From assembly GCF_031769215.1 (NCBI RefSeq), contig NW_026782138.1, positions 434,001 through 498,000 on the forward strand: 64,000 nucleotides of DNA, given 5' to 3'. This document shows positions 11,216 to 25,100 of the stretch, piece by piece (position 1 is the first letter of the stretch; every line of letters starts with the position of its first letter). The position numbers were made by a program, and so were the translations under genes. This stretch comes from Ylistrum balloti. Lineage: Eukaryota. Below the pieces are notes generated by a model. That model saw only the letters and a program-made list of their open reading frames with translations, ran no database searches and was not told the origin of the DNA.

Positions 11216-14200
11216 CTCTTGTTACAATGGAAATGTAATATTTTAATTTGCTCTCGTAATATCGGAGGTAAAGTTCTTTCATCGGAACTCGTAATAATGG
11301 TGTCGAAATACAATCATTTCATTGTATTGTGTTGTGGGTACTATTATCTGATCTAAAGACTTTTTGATGTAATACAATCTCTAGATCTCGTAGTATTGAT
11401 AATGTAAACTTGTTTGTGGTCATGTAATATTTATATGTATGTAAAACTATGTTGTGGGATTTTATTTGAATATATAACTACAGATAGTGTGAAACACATT
11501 GAATTTTGTATTTGAAAATTACTAGCAGTTTTATGTCTCGCATTTGAAATGTGTGGGATTTGAGATATTTTATCTGTGATCCAAATAAAGAGCCTTGTGT
11601 GGTCTAAAAAGGGCATGTGTTTGATCTTCAGGAGGAATCGGAGTTTGATCCCACGAGTTTGATCCGTCTGGACTGTTAAATACATGTGAAGTACACGTAT
11701 ATAGGTCTTGGGATTCGTACTTGCATGTATACCATTGTGTTATTCTGAATTATCGTGTGGAAATATCATTGTAACTTTAAATCTCCGAGAAAAGACGGAC
11801 ATGTTTGTGTAAAACTGTGGGAATGCAAGATAGGAAATCAGATTTTAAACAGTCACCAAAGTTTAATATGTTCACAAAATCACATGGTTATTTGTTTTAA
11901 ATTTGGCCTCTTTATCTTCGACAAATATCAGCCATTTCCATAAAGCTCATATTGGTAACACTGCCCTGCCTCGCCGTCCCGGGTAGGTGACGATTAATCA
12001 ACCTCGTCCTTATCAAATCCGCATTAAATGGTTTATAACATCACTTACACATTAAAGTTTTGCTTTCTTATATAACTATAAATGGAAATCAGTGGTAAGA
12101 CCAATGTTCGTGTTTATGTTGACCTCACTGGACGATAATCCTGAGATTAGGCGCTTGGTTAGTATACACACCGGCGGATAGACTAGCAGTTCTTGCTTGG
12201 TTTGACAGAACCCAAGATAAGTAACAATAACGGATCATACATTTCAATACACGTATATCAGACCTAGCGATAACGTATAATTTATATGCAAGTGTCGATT
12301 TGAGAATAAGGCCACGTGATAAAAATGTTTGTGTTATTATATTATCTGCTGTAATTTTTGCCGTTTTGGCAATTTTTTTCTCTGAAATTTACCGCAGACA
12401 AAGTTAGCTAATGCGTTAAATGTGCCAGCGCTATCGCATCAATGGTTGCTTGAAAAAAGGATAGTCATGTGTTCAGATTAAAGGATTCCTACCGTAAGAA
12501 TTATTGTGCATTATATATGCAAATATATTGCGAAGGTAGTTCAAAGGCAAACCGGTGGACGATATGTATATGTGTCGTGAAATATTATTTTTCTAGTATT
12601 CATATTGTGTTTAGTTATACTGAGAAATAACATATTTTTTGGCATTGCAAAATATTTTTAATAATGTTGGCGATATCAGTTTCTGACCACGTTGAGAAGG
12701 TGGTCGTTATATACACGTAAATTTTCTATAGTGTTACTAAGCCCTTTCTCAAAAGGCTGTTACAAACCATAGTTGATTATCGACCCCGAGTATAGGGATA
12801 GTGTTATTACCAGTAACTTCCAGCCAACGTCGTGTTTAATTAAGTTACTAGTAAAGTCCCATTGTTTACTTATTGTATTTTGTTGTCGTAATCAATAAGA
12901 TAATACCTGATACATACATTATACAATTACGAATGTTTACCAAAATACTCAATTGTTGGGAACATTTAGATAATTACATTGGCGGCCTTTCAAAAACTTG
13001 AAACACAATTGTTATTTCATTTCTTCCGCCACGTAAGTGTCCATAATCAGTTATTATCAACGACGTCAACAATGTGTACCCTCGTATTCACTCATTTGTT
13101 TCGGGGATTTATCATTTTGTAAACGATTAGATTCTCACACTTATTCGAGGTATAAGGCTTTTAATTGTTAATGAGCTGTAAATAAACAATAACTTTGTGT
13201 TTGAAATTAAGTATCACATTTATTTGTCAATTGACAACATTTTTAGCACACTACCACGTCAGCACATACAGTTTCTTCTCTACATTCACGTTATAGTGTT
13301 AGCATACTGAAAAATGTCCTCATACACCGAAGACCTACCAAACTGACGTCCTACCTACCAGTCAATCGCCCTGTGAAGATGAACGTAAGAAGAAAGGAAC
13401 CGATGGATAGCTGTAGTTTATGCTATTCGAGGGTAAGTTTATGAATATATTATTTGATTTTCTTTTCAGTGTGGCCTTACTGTTTCCATGTGGTTGGGTC
13501 AGTGTATGTATTTGCTGGTAATCTGATTTGACTGCGAGTTTGTTACAGTTCCAGTCAACACTTGGTAGCCGCCCATATTTAACGCGTTATAGAGACGCAT
13601 TTAAAATTGACCAACCAGCACAACTCGGTATTTTAAACAGCCATTCAGGTCCGATCTTTATCAATATCACACCTTTGTTACACTCAATGGATTATAGTTT
13701 AATTATAAGATATTCGACAAAAATCAATACAATGATACTGACATACGGAAAAAATCCACAACTTGTGTATTGTATATATATGTACCTTGTTATAGATATA
13801 TAACAGTGGCTGTGAGTGTTAATGTAGAGTAACTAGATTGGAAAATTACACTTCTGGGTCAGGACCTACCTCGACTAGCACAAAGGGTGAGTTGATATCT
13901 GATTCGATACAGTTTAATATCGCCAAAATCAATTAGATTGATTATATCAAATTACTTATAATTTAATTGATGTGTTAGAGTTTTAGACCTTTGCGGGTCT
14001 CGACAGCATGACAACATAGACATAATTTAGTATCCACAATTCTGACATTGTTAGATACTAATGACTACTGCAAAGTAGTAATTACTGGACTTTATAACGA
14101 TATAGTTGTTAATTAACCTGACCAACATGGTAAGTAACTTTATCATTATCTGTTTACGGTTAACGAAAGTAACGATATGTTAACTGAAAAAGTTTTGAAT

Positions 14201-14494
14201 AAATTCATTTTCATGATCACATTTCATATAAAAAATATCTTTGGGAAAAGTTCTTGCCTATATATGGCTGTAGATAACATGGATATGAAACCTGATTAAA
14301 ATCAATATTTAATGTACATGTATTCCAGTTTAAAAAGAAAAAAATGTTTTTCACGTTCCAATTGACCACGAAATTCACGTAATCTCCAATAACCACGGTG
14401 TTTTTACCACGTACGTTACGCATTGCACTAGTAACCCTTGACTCTTATATCTCGATAGTTTCCCATTAAACTTCCATGAGATGATTTTAGAATT

Positions 14495-16175
14495 GTACCG
14501 GTAACCTAGATAACTTACATATTGTACCAGTAACCTAGATAACTTATGTATTGTACCGGTAACCTAGATAACTTACGTATTGTATCGGTAACCTAGGTAA
14601 CTTACATATTGTACCAGTAACCTAGATAACTTACGTATTGTACCGGTAACCTAGATAACTTACGTATTGTACCGGTAACCTAGATAACTTACGTATTGTA
14701 CCGGTAATCTAGATAACTTACGTATTGTACCGGTAATCTAGATAACTTACGTATTGTACCGGTAATCTAGATAACTTACGTATTGTATCGGTAACCTAGA
14801 TAACTTACGTATTGTACCGGTAACCTAGATAACTTACGTATTGTACCGGTAACCTAGATAACTTACGTATTGTATCAATAACCACCTTAACTTACGTATT
14901 GTACCGGTAACCTATATAACTTACGTATTGTGCCGGTAACCTAGATAACTTACGTATTGTACCGGTAACCTAGATAACTTACGTATTGTACCAGTAACTT
15001 AGATAACTTACGTATTGTACCAATAACCACGATAATTTACGTATTGTACCAATAACCACGATAATTTACGTATTGTACCAATAACCACGATAATTTACGT
15101 ATTGTACCAATAACCACGATAACTTACGTATTGTACCAATAACAACGATAACTTACGTATTGTACCAATAACCACGATAACTTACGTATTGTATCAATAA
15201 CCACGATAATTTACGTATTGTATCAATAACCACGATAACTAGCGCATTGTACTAATAACCACGATAACTTACGTATTGTACCGATAACCACGATAATTTA
15301 CGTATTGTACCAATAACCACGATAACTTACGTATTGTACCAATAACCACGATAATTTACGTATTGTATCAATAACCACGATAACTTACGTATTGTATCAA
15401 TAACCACGATAATTTACGTATTGTACCAATAACCAAGATAATTTACGTATTGTATCAATAACCATGATAACTAGCGCATTGTACCAATAACCACAATAAT
15501 TTACGTATTGTACCGGTAACCTAGATAACTTACGTATTGTACCAATAACCACGATAACTTACGTATAGTACCAATAACCACGATAACTTACGTATTGAAC
15601 CAATAACCACGATAATTTACGTATAGTACCAATAACCACGATAACTTACGTATTGAACCGATAACCACGATAATTTACGTATTGTACCGATAACCACGTT
15701 AATTTACGTATTGTACCGATAACCACGATAATTTACGTATTGTACCGATAACCACGATAATTTACGTATTGTACCGATAACCACGATAATTTACGTATTG
15801 TACCGATAACCACGATAATTTACGTATTGTACCGATAACCACGATAATTTACGTATTGTACCGATAACCACGATAATTTACGTATTGTATCAATAACCAC
15901 GATAACTTACGTATTGTACCAATAACCACGATAATTTACGTATTGTATCAATAACCACGATAATTTACGTATTGTACCGATAACCACGATAATTTACGTA
16001 TTGTACCAATAACCACGATAACTTACGTATTGTACCAATAACCACGATAATTTACGTATTGTACCAATAACCACGATAATTTACGTATTGTATCAATAAC
16101 CACGATAATTTACGTATTGTACCAATAACCACGATAATTTACGTATTGTACCGATAACCACGATAATTTACGTAC
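14495..16175. repeat. 29-bp minisatellite (about 58 units) with two subtypes: TATTGTACCGGTAACCTAGATAACTTACG then TATTGTACCAATAACCACGATAATTTACG
   Basis: Directly visible; the subtype switches at about 15015. Confidence 0.97.
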
Positions 16176-16384
16176 AGGACTAGTAACATTGAAGATTTTA
16201 CCGTGATGATTTATTTATTGTATCTGTAAGTTACGTACCACGATAATTTATTTATCATAACAAAAACCGTGACACTTCTACCAACATATTTTATGTTTTC
16301 TATAGTAACCACGATAACACCAATATACTTAGTTAAAAGTAATGCTTTTATATGCATCATATATATACGTATGTATTTATTAAC

Positions 16385-17890
16385 ATGCGAATGTTACTCT
16401 CCTTTTTGGTATTTACATACGAATGTTACTCTCCCTCTTGTTATTTACACGTGAATGTTACTTTCCTTCTTGGTATTTACACATGAATGTTACTCCCCTT
16501 CTTGGTATTTACATGAGAATGTTACTCTCCTTCTTGGTATTTACACGTGACTATTAGTGACTTTTGTTTTTAGTGTTTTCTAGTAAATGGCGAATGTAGA
16601 CTTCAGTATTTAAACGTAGTAATAAATGTTATTTTCCTTTTAAATATTAATATGAGAAAGTTACTCTCATTTTTTATATTAACACCAGAATGGGTCGTTC
16701 TTAGTATTGACACGTGAATGTTACTCTCCTTTTTGTTATTTACACATAAATGTTACTCTCCTTTTTGGTATTTACACGTGAATGTTACTCTCCTTTTTGG
16801 TATTTACACGTGAACGTTACTCTCCTTTTTGGTATTTGCACGTGTTACTCTCCTTTTTGTTAACGCGTAATGTTACTATCCTTTTTGGTATTTACACGTG
16901 AATGTTAATCTCCTTTTTGGTATTTGCACGTCATTGTTACTACCCATTTTGGTATTTCCACGTGAATGTTACTCTCCTTTTGGTATTTACACGTGAATGT
17001 TACTATCCTTTTTTATTTCCTCTCCTTCCTTTTTGGTATTTACACGTGAATGTTACTCTCCTTTTGGTATTTTTTTGGTATTTACACGTGAATGTTACTT
17101 TTTGGTATTTACACGTGAATGTTATCTCCTTTTTGCACGTCATTGTTACTCCTTTGTATTTACTACCTCATTTTGGTATTTACACGTGAATGTTACTATC
17201 CTTTTTGGTATTTCCACGTGAATGTAACTCTCCTTTTTGGTATTTACACGTGAATGTTACTATCCTTTTTGGTATTTACACGTGAATGTTACTCTCCTTT
17301 TGGTATTTACACGTGAATGTTACTCTCCTTTTTGTTATTTACGCGTAATGTTACTATCCTTTTTGGTATTTACACGTGAATGTTAATCTCCTTTTTGGTA
17401 TTTGCACGTCATTGTTACTACCCATTTTGGTATTTCCACGTGAATGTTACTCTCCTTTTGGTATTTACACGTGAATGTTACTATCCTTTTTGGTATTTCC
17501 ACGTGAATGTAACTCTCCTTTTTGGTATTTACACGTGAATGTTACTATCCTTTTTGGTATTTACACGTGAATGTTACTCTCCTTTTGGTATTTACACGTG
17601 AATGTTACTCTCCTTTTTGTTATTTACACGTAAATGTTACTATCCTTTTTGGTATTTACACGTGAATGTTAATCTCCTTTTTGGTATTTGCACGTCATTG
17701 TTACTACCCATTTTGGTATTTCCACGTGAATGTTACTCTCCTTTTGGTATTTACACGTGAATGTTACTATCCTTTTTGGTATTTCCACGTGAATGTAACT
17801 CTCCTTTTTGGTATTTACACGTGAATGTTACTATCCTTTTTGGTATTTACACGTGAATGTTACTCTCCTTTTTTGGTATTTCCATGTGAA
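16385..17890. repeat. 32-33-bp minisatellite (about 40 units), GGTATTTACACGTGAATGTTACTCTCCTTTTT
   Basis: Directly visible; interrupted at about 16555-16710; variant blocks recur. Confidence 0.97.
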
Positions 17891-18184
17891 TGGTGACTGC
17901 CATTTTAAGTATTCACGTGTGATCTTTTGCTCTCTTTTTCTATAATTAACATTCAAACAATATATGGTTATCAATGAAATCGACATGTTCTTTTACCTTG
18001 ACATTGTCATACTTACTGTAGTAGTCATTCATTTCGGAAGGTATGAACGTTGATTTTATTTTCATCGTTTTCACCCTTACAACTTAGATACAAACGTGAA
18101 TCATTCCAAAGTTGAAATCGTGTGGCCTTGACCGCATATCAGTGATAATGTTCTCCTGTTTTAGGAGCGTGTTGGAGAGGAAAG

Positions 18185-18436
18185 ATGCCAAGTATGATGT
18201 CATGTCCGGGATATCCGAAATGTAGGAAAATATATCTATACGCCCAGGGACTGAAGGCGCACATTCCCGCGTGCAGACATGCGCAGTGTAAACGTGTGGT
18301 GAAGAGGCGGGAAGCTATAGAGACAATGCTGACAATTATTCAGTTCAGTGAGGACCGTCACAGGGGTAACATTACCGTGGCCCGGAAAAGTTTACCAGAT
18401 TTCACCCCTATCCGACCGGTCTATACAAGGATATAG
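18185..18436 (+). CDS. Putative small protein (83 aa) with one C2HC zinc finger
   Basis: CPGYPKCRKIYLYAQGLKAHIPAC fits C-x5-C-x3-Y-x5-L-x2-H-x3-C. The ORF is GC-richer than its flanks, has a TTTTAG acceptor at 18164, and AATAAA at about 19032 and 19125. No homolog recognised. Confidence 0.4.
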   Translation: MPSMMSCPGYPKCRKIYLYAQGLKAHIPACRHAQCKRVVKRREAIETMLTIIQFSEDRHRGNITVARKSLPDFTPIRPVYTRI

Positions 18437-19249
18437 CGATAGGTCGATACTATCATTTATAGTATGATGAGAGTGTTGTCGCTAAATTTTAAGTCTTTTC
18501 AAAATACATGTTAAAATCAAGTCTGCTCTGGAAAATTAATTACTTAATTGAAATCGACTTTCGTAAAGTCTTTCTCAAGGGAACGCTTGTTATGTCAAAG
18601 TGTGACATTTAAAGTGGTCCTGAGAATTGCATGAGCAGTGTACATGGTGTATTTGCAGGTTGTGTTGTGGCATGCAATGAGTGCATACCTGTTGATAATT
18701 GTCCCTTAAATACAGCGATTCAGACTGAGGGATTCCAAATTACATAGGTGTGCTATGTTGTGTACTATATATAATTCATGCGTGTAAAAGCGAACTTAAT
18801 GCATTTTAAAAATTTACCACGTTTCACATTGATCTATCGACACGTACACACACTAATCCTCACAGACAAACTCTCCGAAATAGCTTTACCACCAAATCGT
18901 ACAGTGGAATATAGCTGTGAGAAATGTGCTATCCTTTTCTGTAAAATTTCGATAATTTCATTGTAGTCACTCATGTTTATTCATTACAAAACAATCTACA
19001 TATTAAATATAGGTTATTCTTGTTTCTCAGGAATAAATTTTGTTCCGTTATGACTTTCTTGTGTTTTTTTTATGTAATTAAGTGATGATATTTGAAATAT
19101 AAGCTGCATGCACGAATATTCCTAAATAAATAAGAGACAACGGAACCGTAATTCGTACTTCGTTATCAGGTCAGGTGTACTGCGACACATTTATTGATAC
19201 AGGTTTTTGTTACACGTTGATAGATACAAGTGTACTAATCCTCGTCTCC

Positions 19250-21480
19250 GTCAGTAGATACAGGTGTAATGTAACTTGTCAGTAGATACAGGTGTAATGT
19301 AACTTGTCAGTAGATACAGGTGTAATGTAACTTGTCAGTAGATACAGGTGTAATGTAACTTGTCTGTAGATACAGGTGTAATGTAACTTGTCAGTAGATA
19401 CAGGTGTAATGTAACTTGTCTGTAGATACAGGTGTAATGTAACTTGTCTGTAGATACAGGTGTAATGTAACTTGTCAGTAGATACAGGTGTAATGTAACT
19501 TGTCAGTAGATACAGGTGTAATGTAACTTGTCAGTAGATACAAGTGTAATGTAACTTGTCAGTAGATACAGGTGTAATGTAACTAGTTAGTAGATACAGG
19601 TGTAATGTAACTTGTCAGTAGATACAGGTGTAATGTAACTTGTCAGTAGATACAGGTGTAATGTAACTTGTCAGTAGATACAGGTGCAATGTAACTTGTC
19701 AGTAGATACATGTGTAATGTAACTTGTCAGTAGATACAAATGTAATGTAACTTGTCTGTAGATATAGGTGTAATGTAACTTGTCTGTAAATACAGGTGTA
19801 ATGTGACTTGTCAGTAGATAAGGTGTAATGTAACTTGTCAGTAGATACAGGTGTAATGTAACTTGTCAGTAGATACATGTGTAATGTAACTTGTCAGTAG
19901 ATACAGGTGTAATGTAACTTGTCAGTAGATACAGGTGTAATGTAACTTGTCTGTAGATACAGGTGTAATGTAACTTGTTAGTAGATACAGGTGTAATGTA
20001 ACTTGTCAGTAGATACAGGTGTATTGCAACTTGTCTTTAGATACAGGTGTAATGTAACTTGTCAGTAGATACATGTGTAATGTAGCCTGTCAGTTGATAC
20101 AGGTGTAATGTAACTTGTCAGTAGATACAGGTATATGTAACTCGTCAGTAGATACAGGTGTAATGTAACTTGTTTTTAGATACAGGTGTAATGTAGCCTG
20201 TCAGTAGATACAGGTGTATTGTAACTTGTCTGTAGATACAGGTGTAATGTAACTTGTCAGTAGATACAGGTGTAATGTAACTTGTCAGTAGATACATGTG
20301 TAATGTAGCCTGTCAGTAGATACAGGTGTAATATAACTCGTCAGTAGATACAGGTGTAATGTAACTTGTCAGTAGATACAGGTGTATTGTAACTTGTCTA
20401 TAGATACAGGTGTAATGTAACTTGCCAGTAGATACAGGTGTAATGTAACTTGTCTGTAGGTACAGGTGTAATGTAACTTGTCAGTAGATACATGTGTAAT
20501 GTAGCCTGTCAGTAGATACAGGTGTAATGTAACTCGTCAGTAAATACAGGTGTAATGTAACTTGTTTTTAGATACAGGTGTAATATACCCTGTTAGTAGA
20601 TACAGGTGTAATGTAACTTGTCTATAGATACAGGTGTAATGTAGCTTGTCAGTAGATACAGGTGTAATGTAACTCGTCAGTAGATACAGGTGTAATGTAA
20701 CTTGTTTTTAGATACAGGTGTAATGTAGCCTTTATACAGGTGTAATGTAACTTGTCAGTAGATACAGGTGTAATGTAGCCTGTCAGTAGATACAGGTGTA
20801 ATGTAACTTGTCTTTAGATACAGGTGTAATGTAGCCTATTACTAGATACAGGTGTAATGTAACTTGTCAGTAGATACAGGTGTATTGTAACTTGTCTGTA
20901 ATACAGGTGTAATGTAACTTGCCAGTAGATACAGGTGTAATGTAACTTGTCTGTAGATACAGGTGTAATGTAACTTGTCAGTAGATACATGTGTAATGTA
21001 GCCTGTCAGTAGATACAGGTGTAATGTAACTCGTCAGTAAATACAGGTGTAATGTAACTTGTTTTTAGATACAGGTGTAATATAGCCTGTTAGTAGATAC
21101 AGGTGTAATGTAACTTGTCTATAGATACAGGTGTAATGTAGCCTGTCAGTAGATACAGGTGTAATGTAACTTGTCAATAGATACAGGTGTAATGTAACTT
21201 GTTAGTAGATACAAGTGTCATAGAACTTGTCTTTAGATACAGGTGTAATGTAACTTGTCAGTAGATACAGGTGTAATTTAGCCTGTCAGTAGATACAGGT
21301 GTAATGTAGCACGTCTGTAGAAACAGGTGTAATGTAACTTGTCTGTAGATACAGGTGTAATGCAACTTGTCAGTAGATACAGGTGTAATTTAGCCTGTCA
21401 GTAGATACAGGTGTAATGTAGCACGTCTGTAGAAACAGGTGTAATGTAACTTGTTAGTAGATACAAGTTTGTTGTAACTT
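19250..21480. repeat. 28-bp minisatellite (about 80 units), GTCAGTAGATACAGGTGTAATGTAACTT
   Basis: Directly visible tandem units. Confidence 0.97.
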
Positions 21481-21714
21481 ATTGACAGAAACGTTATATA
21501 AACCCTCTGTAGATACAGGTGTATTCTGACTCAACTCGTCTTTGTCTGCAGATACAGATGTTACGTCACTCGACTGTAAACAAAGGTGTGTTGTAACTCG
21601 CCTATATACAGAGGTGTACCGAAACTCATCTGTAAATAAGAGTGTACTATGACTCGGTTGTAGATACAGATGTACTTTTCCTCGTCAATCGATACAGGGT
21701 ATGTATCGTGACTC

Positions 21715-22735
21715 ATCTGTAGATACAGGTGAATCGTGACTCGTCTGTAGATACAGGGTGAATCGTGACTCGTCTGTAGTTACAGGGTAAATCGTGACTC
21801 GTCTGTAGATACAGGGTGAATCGTGACTCGTTTGTAGATACAGGGTGAATCGTGACTCGTCTGTAGATACAGGGTGAATTGTTACTCGTCTGTAGATACA
21901 GAGTGAATCGTGACTCGTCTGTTGATACAGGGTGAATTGTGACTCGTCTGTAGATACAGGGTGAATCGTGACTCGTTTGTAGATACAGGGTGAATTGTGA
22001 CTCGTCTGTAGATACAGGGTGAATTGTGACTCGTTTGTAGATACAGAGTGAATCGTGACTCGTCTGTTGATACAGGGTGAATCGTGACTCGTTTGTAGAT
22101 ACAGGGTGAATTGTGACTCGTCTGTAGATACAGGGTGAATCGTGACTCGTTTGTAGATACAGGGTGAATTGTGACTCGTCTGTAGATACAGGGTGAATCG
22201 TGACTCGTTTGTAGATACAGGGTGAATTGTGACTCGTCTGTAGATACAGGGTGAATCGTGACTCGTCTGTAGATACAGAGTGAATCGTGACTCGTCTGTT
22301 GATACAGGGTGAATCGTGACTCGTTTGTAGATACAGGGTGAATTGTGACTCGTCTGTAGATACAGGGTGAATCGTGACTCGTTTGTAGATACAGGGTGAA
22401 TTGTGACTCGTCTGTAGATACAGGGTGAATCGTGACTCGTTTGTAGATACAGGGTGAATTGTGACTCGTTTGTAGATACAGGGTGAATCGTGACTCGTCT
22501 GTTGATACAGGGTGAATCGTGACTCGTCTGTAGATACAGAGTGAATCGTGACTCGTCTGTTGATACAGGGTGAATCGTGACTCGTTTGTAGATACAGGGT
22601 GAATTGTGACTCGTCTGTAGATACAGGGTGAATCGTGACTCGTTTGTAGATACAGGGTGAATTGTGACTCGTCTGTAGATACAGGGTGAATCGCGACTCG
22701 TTTGTAGATACAGGGTGAATTGTGACTAGTCTGTA
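21715..22735. repeat. 29-bp minisatellite (about 35 units), GTCTGTAGATACAGGGTGAATCGTGACTC
   Basis: Directly visible; joined to the 28-bp array by degenerate intermediate units at 21480-21715. Confidence 0.97.
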
Positions 22736-25100
22736 GAAAAAAGTGTACTGTAACTAATCAGTGTATACAGGAATATTGTAAATTCTTGTTAATAGATACT
22801 GGTGCAATGAAAGGCCAATAGTAGAGATGTGATCTTTGTGTACAGAAATACAAGTACACTGTAACTGGTCTTTTTATACACCTGGCTGTCCACGCGGTGA
22901 TCCATCCACTAACAAAATCACCATATATACCTCATTTTCTATATTCCTGTGTCTTGTGATCTCCGCTGGATAAGAGAAACTTCATGTTTAACTGCATGGG
23001 CTTGAGACTGGGGATAAACGCTGTTAGACGTAAGGAATTAGTGCTTTATATGGTGTTAATAGACATGTTGTCATATACTTCACTGTAATGACAATGTGCA
23101 AAATCTGGGTTTTAATTTTTCGGTTGTATCAATGTACACCACAACAGTTACAATATACTTGTGTTAAGGGTCAGTTCCGACATTAATGAAAGTTTTCATT
23201 AAAAAAAGTTTCACAGCAAATTATGCTGTAATTACCTAGAGTAATACTTTACATCAAGGAAAGAAATCATAACAACATAATCTTCATTTTTTTATTATTA
23301 AAATCAATGATACAAATTAATCCTCATTCAAAGACTTGAATGAAAAAAATTAGTGTTTTGTTGTAGAAAAAAGCATGATATATACATGTATATGTACATG
23401 ATGTAAATAACATGATATCTATAAAAAGTTAAGATTTATAATGACTAGCCCTACACTGATCAACCCCATTATTGTCATTATCAATTGAAGGATAACAAAA
23501 TTCTATCTCTCAAAATCAAGACAAAAATTTACCAGTTTTTTTTTTTTTTGCAGCAAAATTAATTCCAAAACAATTGTAAAAATATATGGTACAGTAAAAC
23601 TTGTATCCCAACAAAAAGTAAAAAAAAAGTTGACGGGACAAAAAAATGGCTTATTAGAAAAAAAAACTTTTCATTCAATAAATTATTTATTATAAATGTA
23701 CTATGATTTCCGGGTAATTTCAAGGTAGATAACTCTAGAAGTAGTAATGGGCTATCACAATTTAGACTGCATGTAGACACGACTCCACAACACACTTTCT
23801 CAGCACTCTTATGATGATTTGTTATTTTCAGTAATAAACATTTATCACATACTCACTATATCAATACAATTTTAGTATGTAATATATCCCTCCCTCCTCA
23901 ACAGAAACCTTTCAGAACAATCTGTAGTCTATTTCTTCTCAAACTCATTCACATGACAGGACCATACCAGAGTAAATAAGACACTGATTAAATTTATTAA
24001 CGCTCCTATATCCACGTTTTAAGTTCTATGTAAATTATGCCCACTGAATGCCTAATCCTGATATTTACAGCAAAGCTTCCCCATGATGCAATGTAAAGCA
24101 GTGATACCAAAATGAGAATGTCTTTATTTTTAACTACAGAGCAATATGTAATCTCATATTCAATACATGTTCCAATAGTGTTGTTACTGATGGTATCAAC
24201 TCTGTAAAATTATGAATATATTTAAGTGTCACATGTTCTTAATATCGCTGAACGAACTGGTATAAGAAAAGGTATCAACACGCCAAGAGCTTTATCTTTT
24301 AAAAGAAAAAGTTTTAATTCCTAATTCTTAAATCCATAAATTTATATACAAAAAAACATCTCTTTTTCATTCTAATTATTTCCCCCCGTGATATTCTATC
24401 TGATAATAATCTTCCCATTAATTCTTAATCTTGAATTGTGAGAATAGATAATCTTGATATTTCCTCTCTGAAACTGTCCTATTTCAAATAAAATATCTAA
24501 TGATGAAATGATAAATGAACGATGGAGTTATTGCTTTGAGCTATGATTTTACAAAAATATATACATACATTTTACCTATTTACAATATATACAACTTTTT
24601 ACAATTGGATTAGACATATTGCAATCAAGATACAAAATATCACATTTGCATAGAAAATTTGTATCCTAGTTTAAAATATACTCGATACATGTACCATTCT
24701 CTCACATGCATGCACACACACTCTCTTCTTTTAACATCCACTATGATTTAGGATTAAGTGTTGACAGAATGCATGTTTTGTACACAAAAAGTTCTCTTAT
24801 GAATTTGTATAATTTGCATTTCCATCCTTACATTTAACAAGCTTTCAGTTATTTGTGTAACATCAAACTTCTGATATATTTTGAAAGTATTTCTAAAAGA
24901 TAGTTTGGATTTTGGTAATCATTTAAAAAGAGAACTCTACATGAAAAGAAAAAGCACTTCTGATGAAAATACCATAAAGATACATATTTCAGTGTAAAGA
25001 AGATCTGTTTTCAGTATGGCACTTTTACATGGACTCATTTTGTAGTGCTGTAGAAATGTTCCTGAATTGAAAGAAGCCTGTAGTATTGTCGAATCAGCAT

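Noticed and set aside
13433-13469. Donor and acceptor pair 37 nt apart
   Set aside because: Too short for a typical metazoan intron; the donor is more plausibly paired with a distal acceptor, if it is used at all.
16269-17221. ORFs inside the 33-bp array, and those at 57562-58329
   Set aside because: They are translations of satellite units in stop-poor frames.
9990-22735. 28-35-bp repeats as CRISPR arrays
   Set aside because: Units are head-to-tail with no unique spacers, there are no cas genes, and the context is an intron-rich animal genome.
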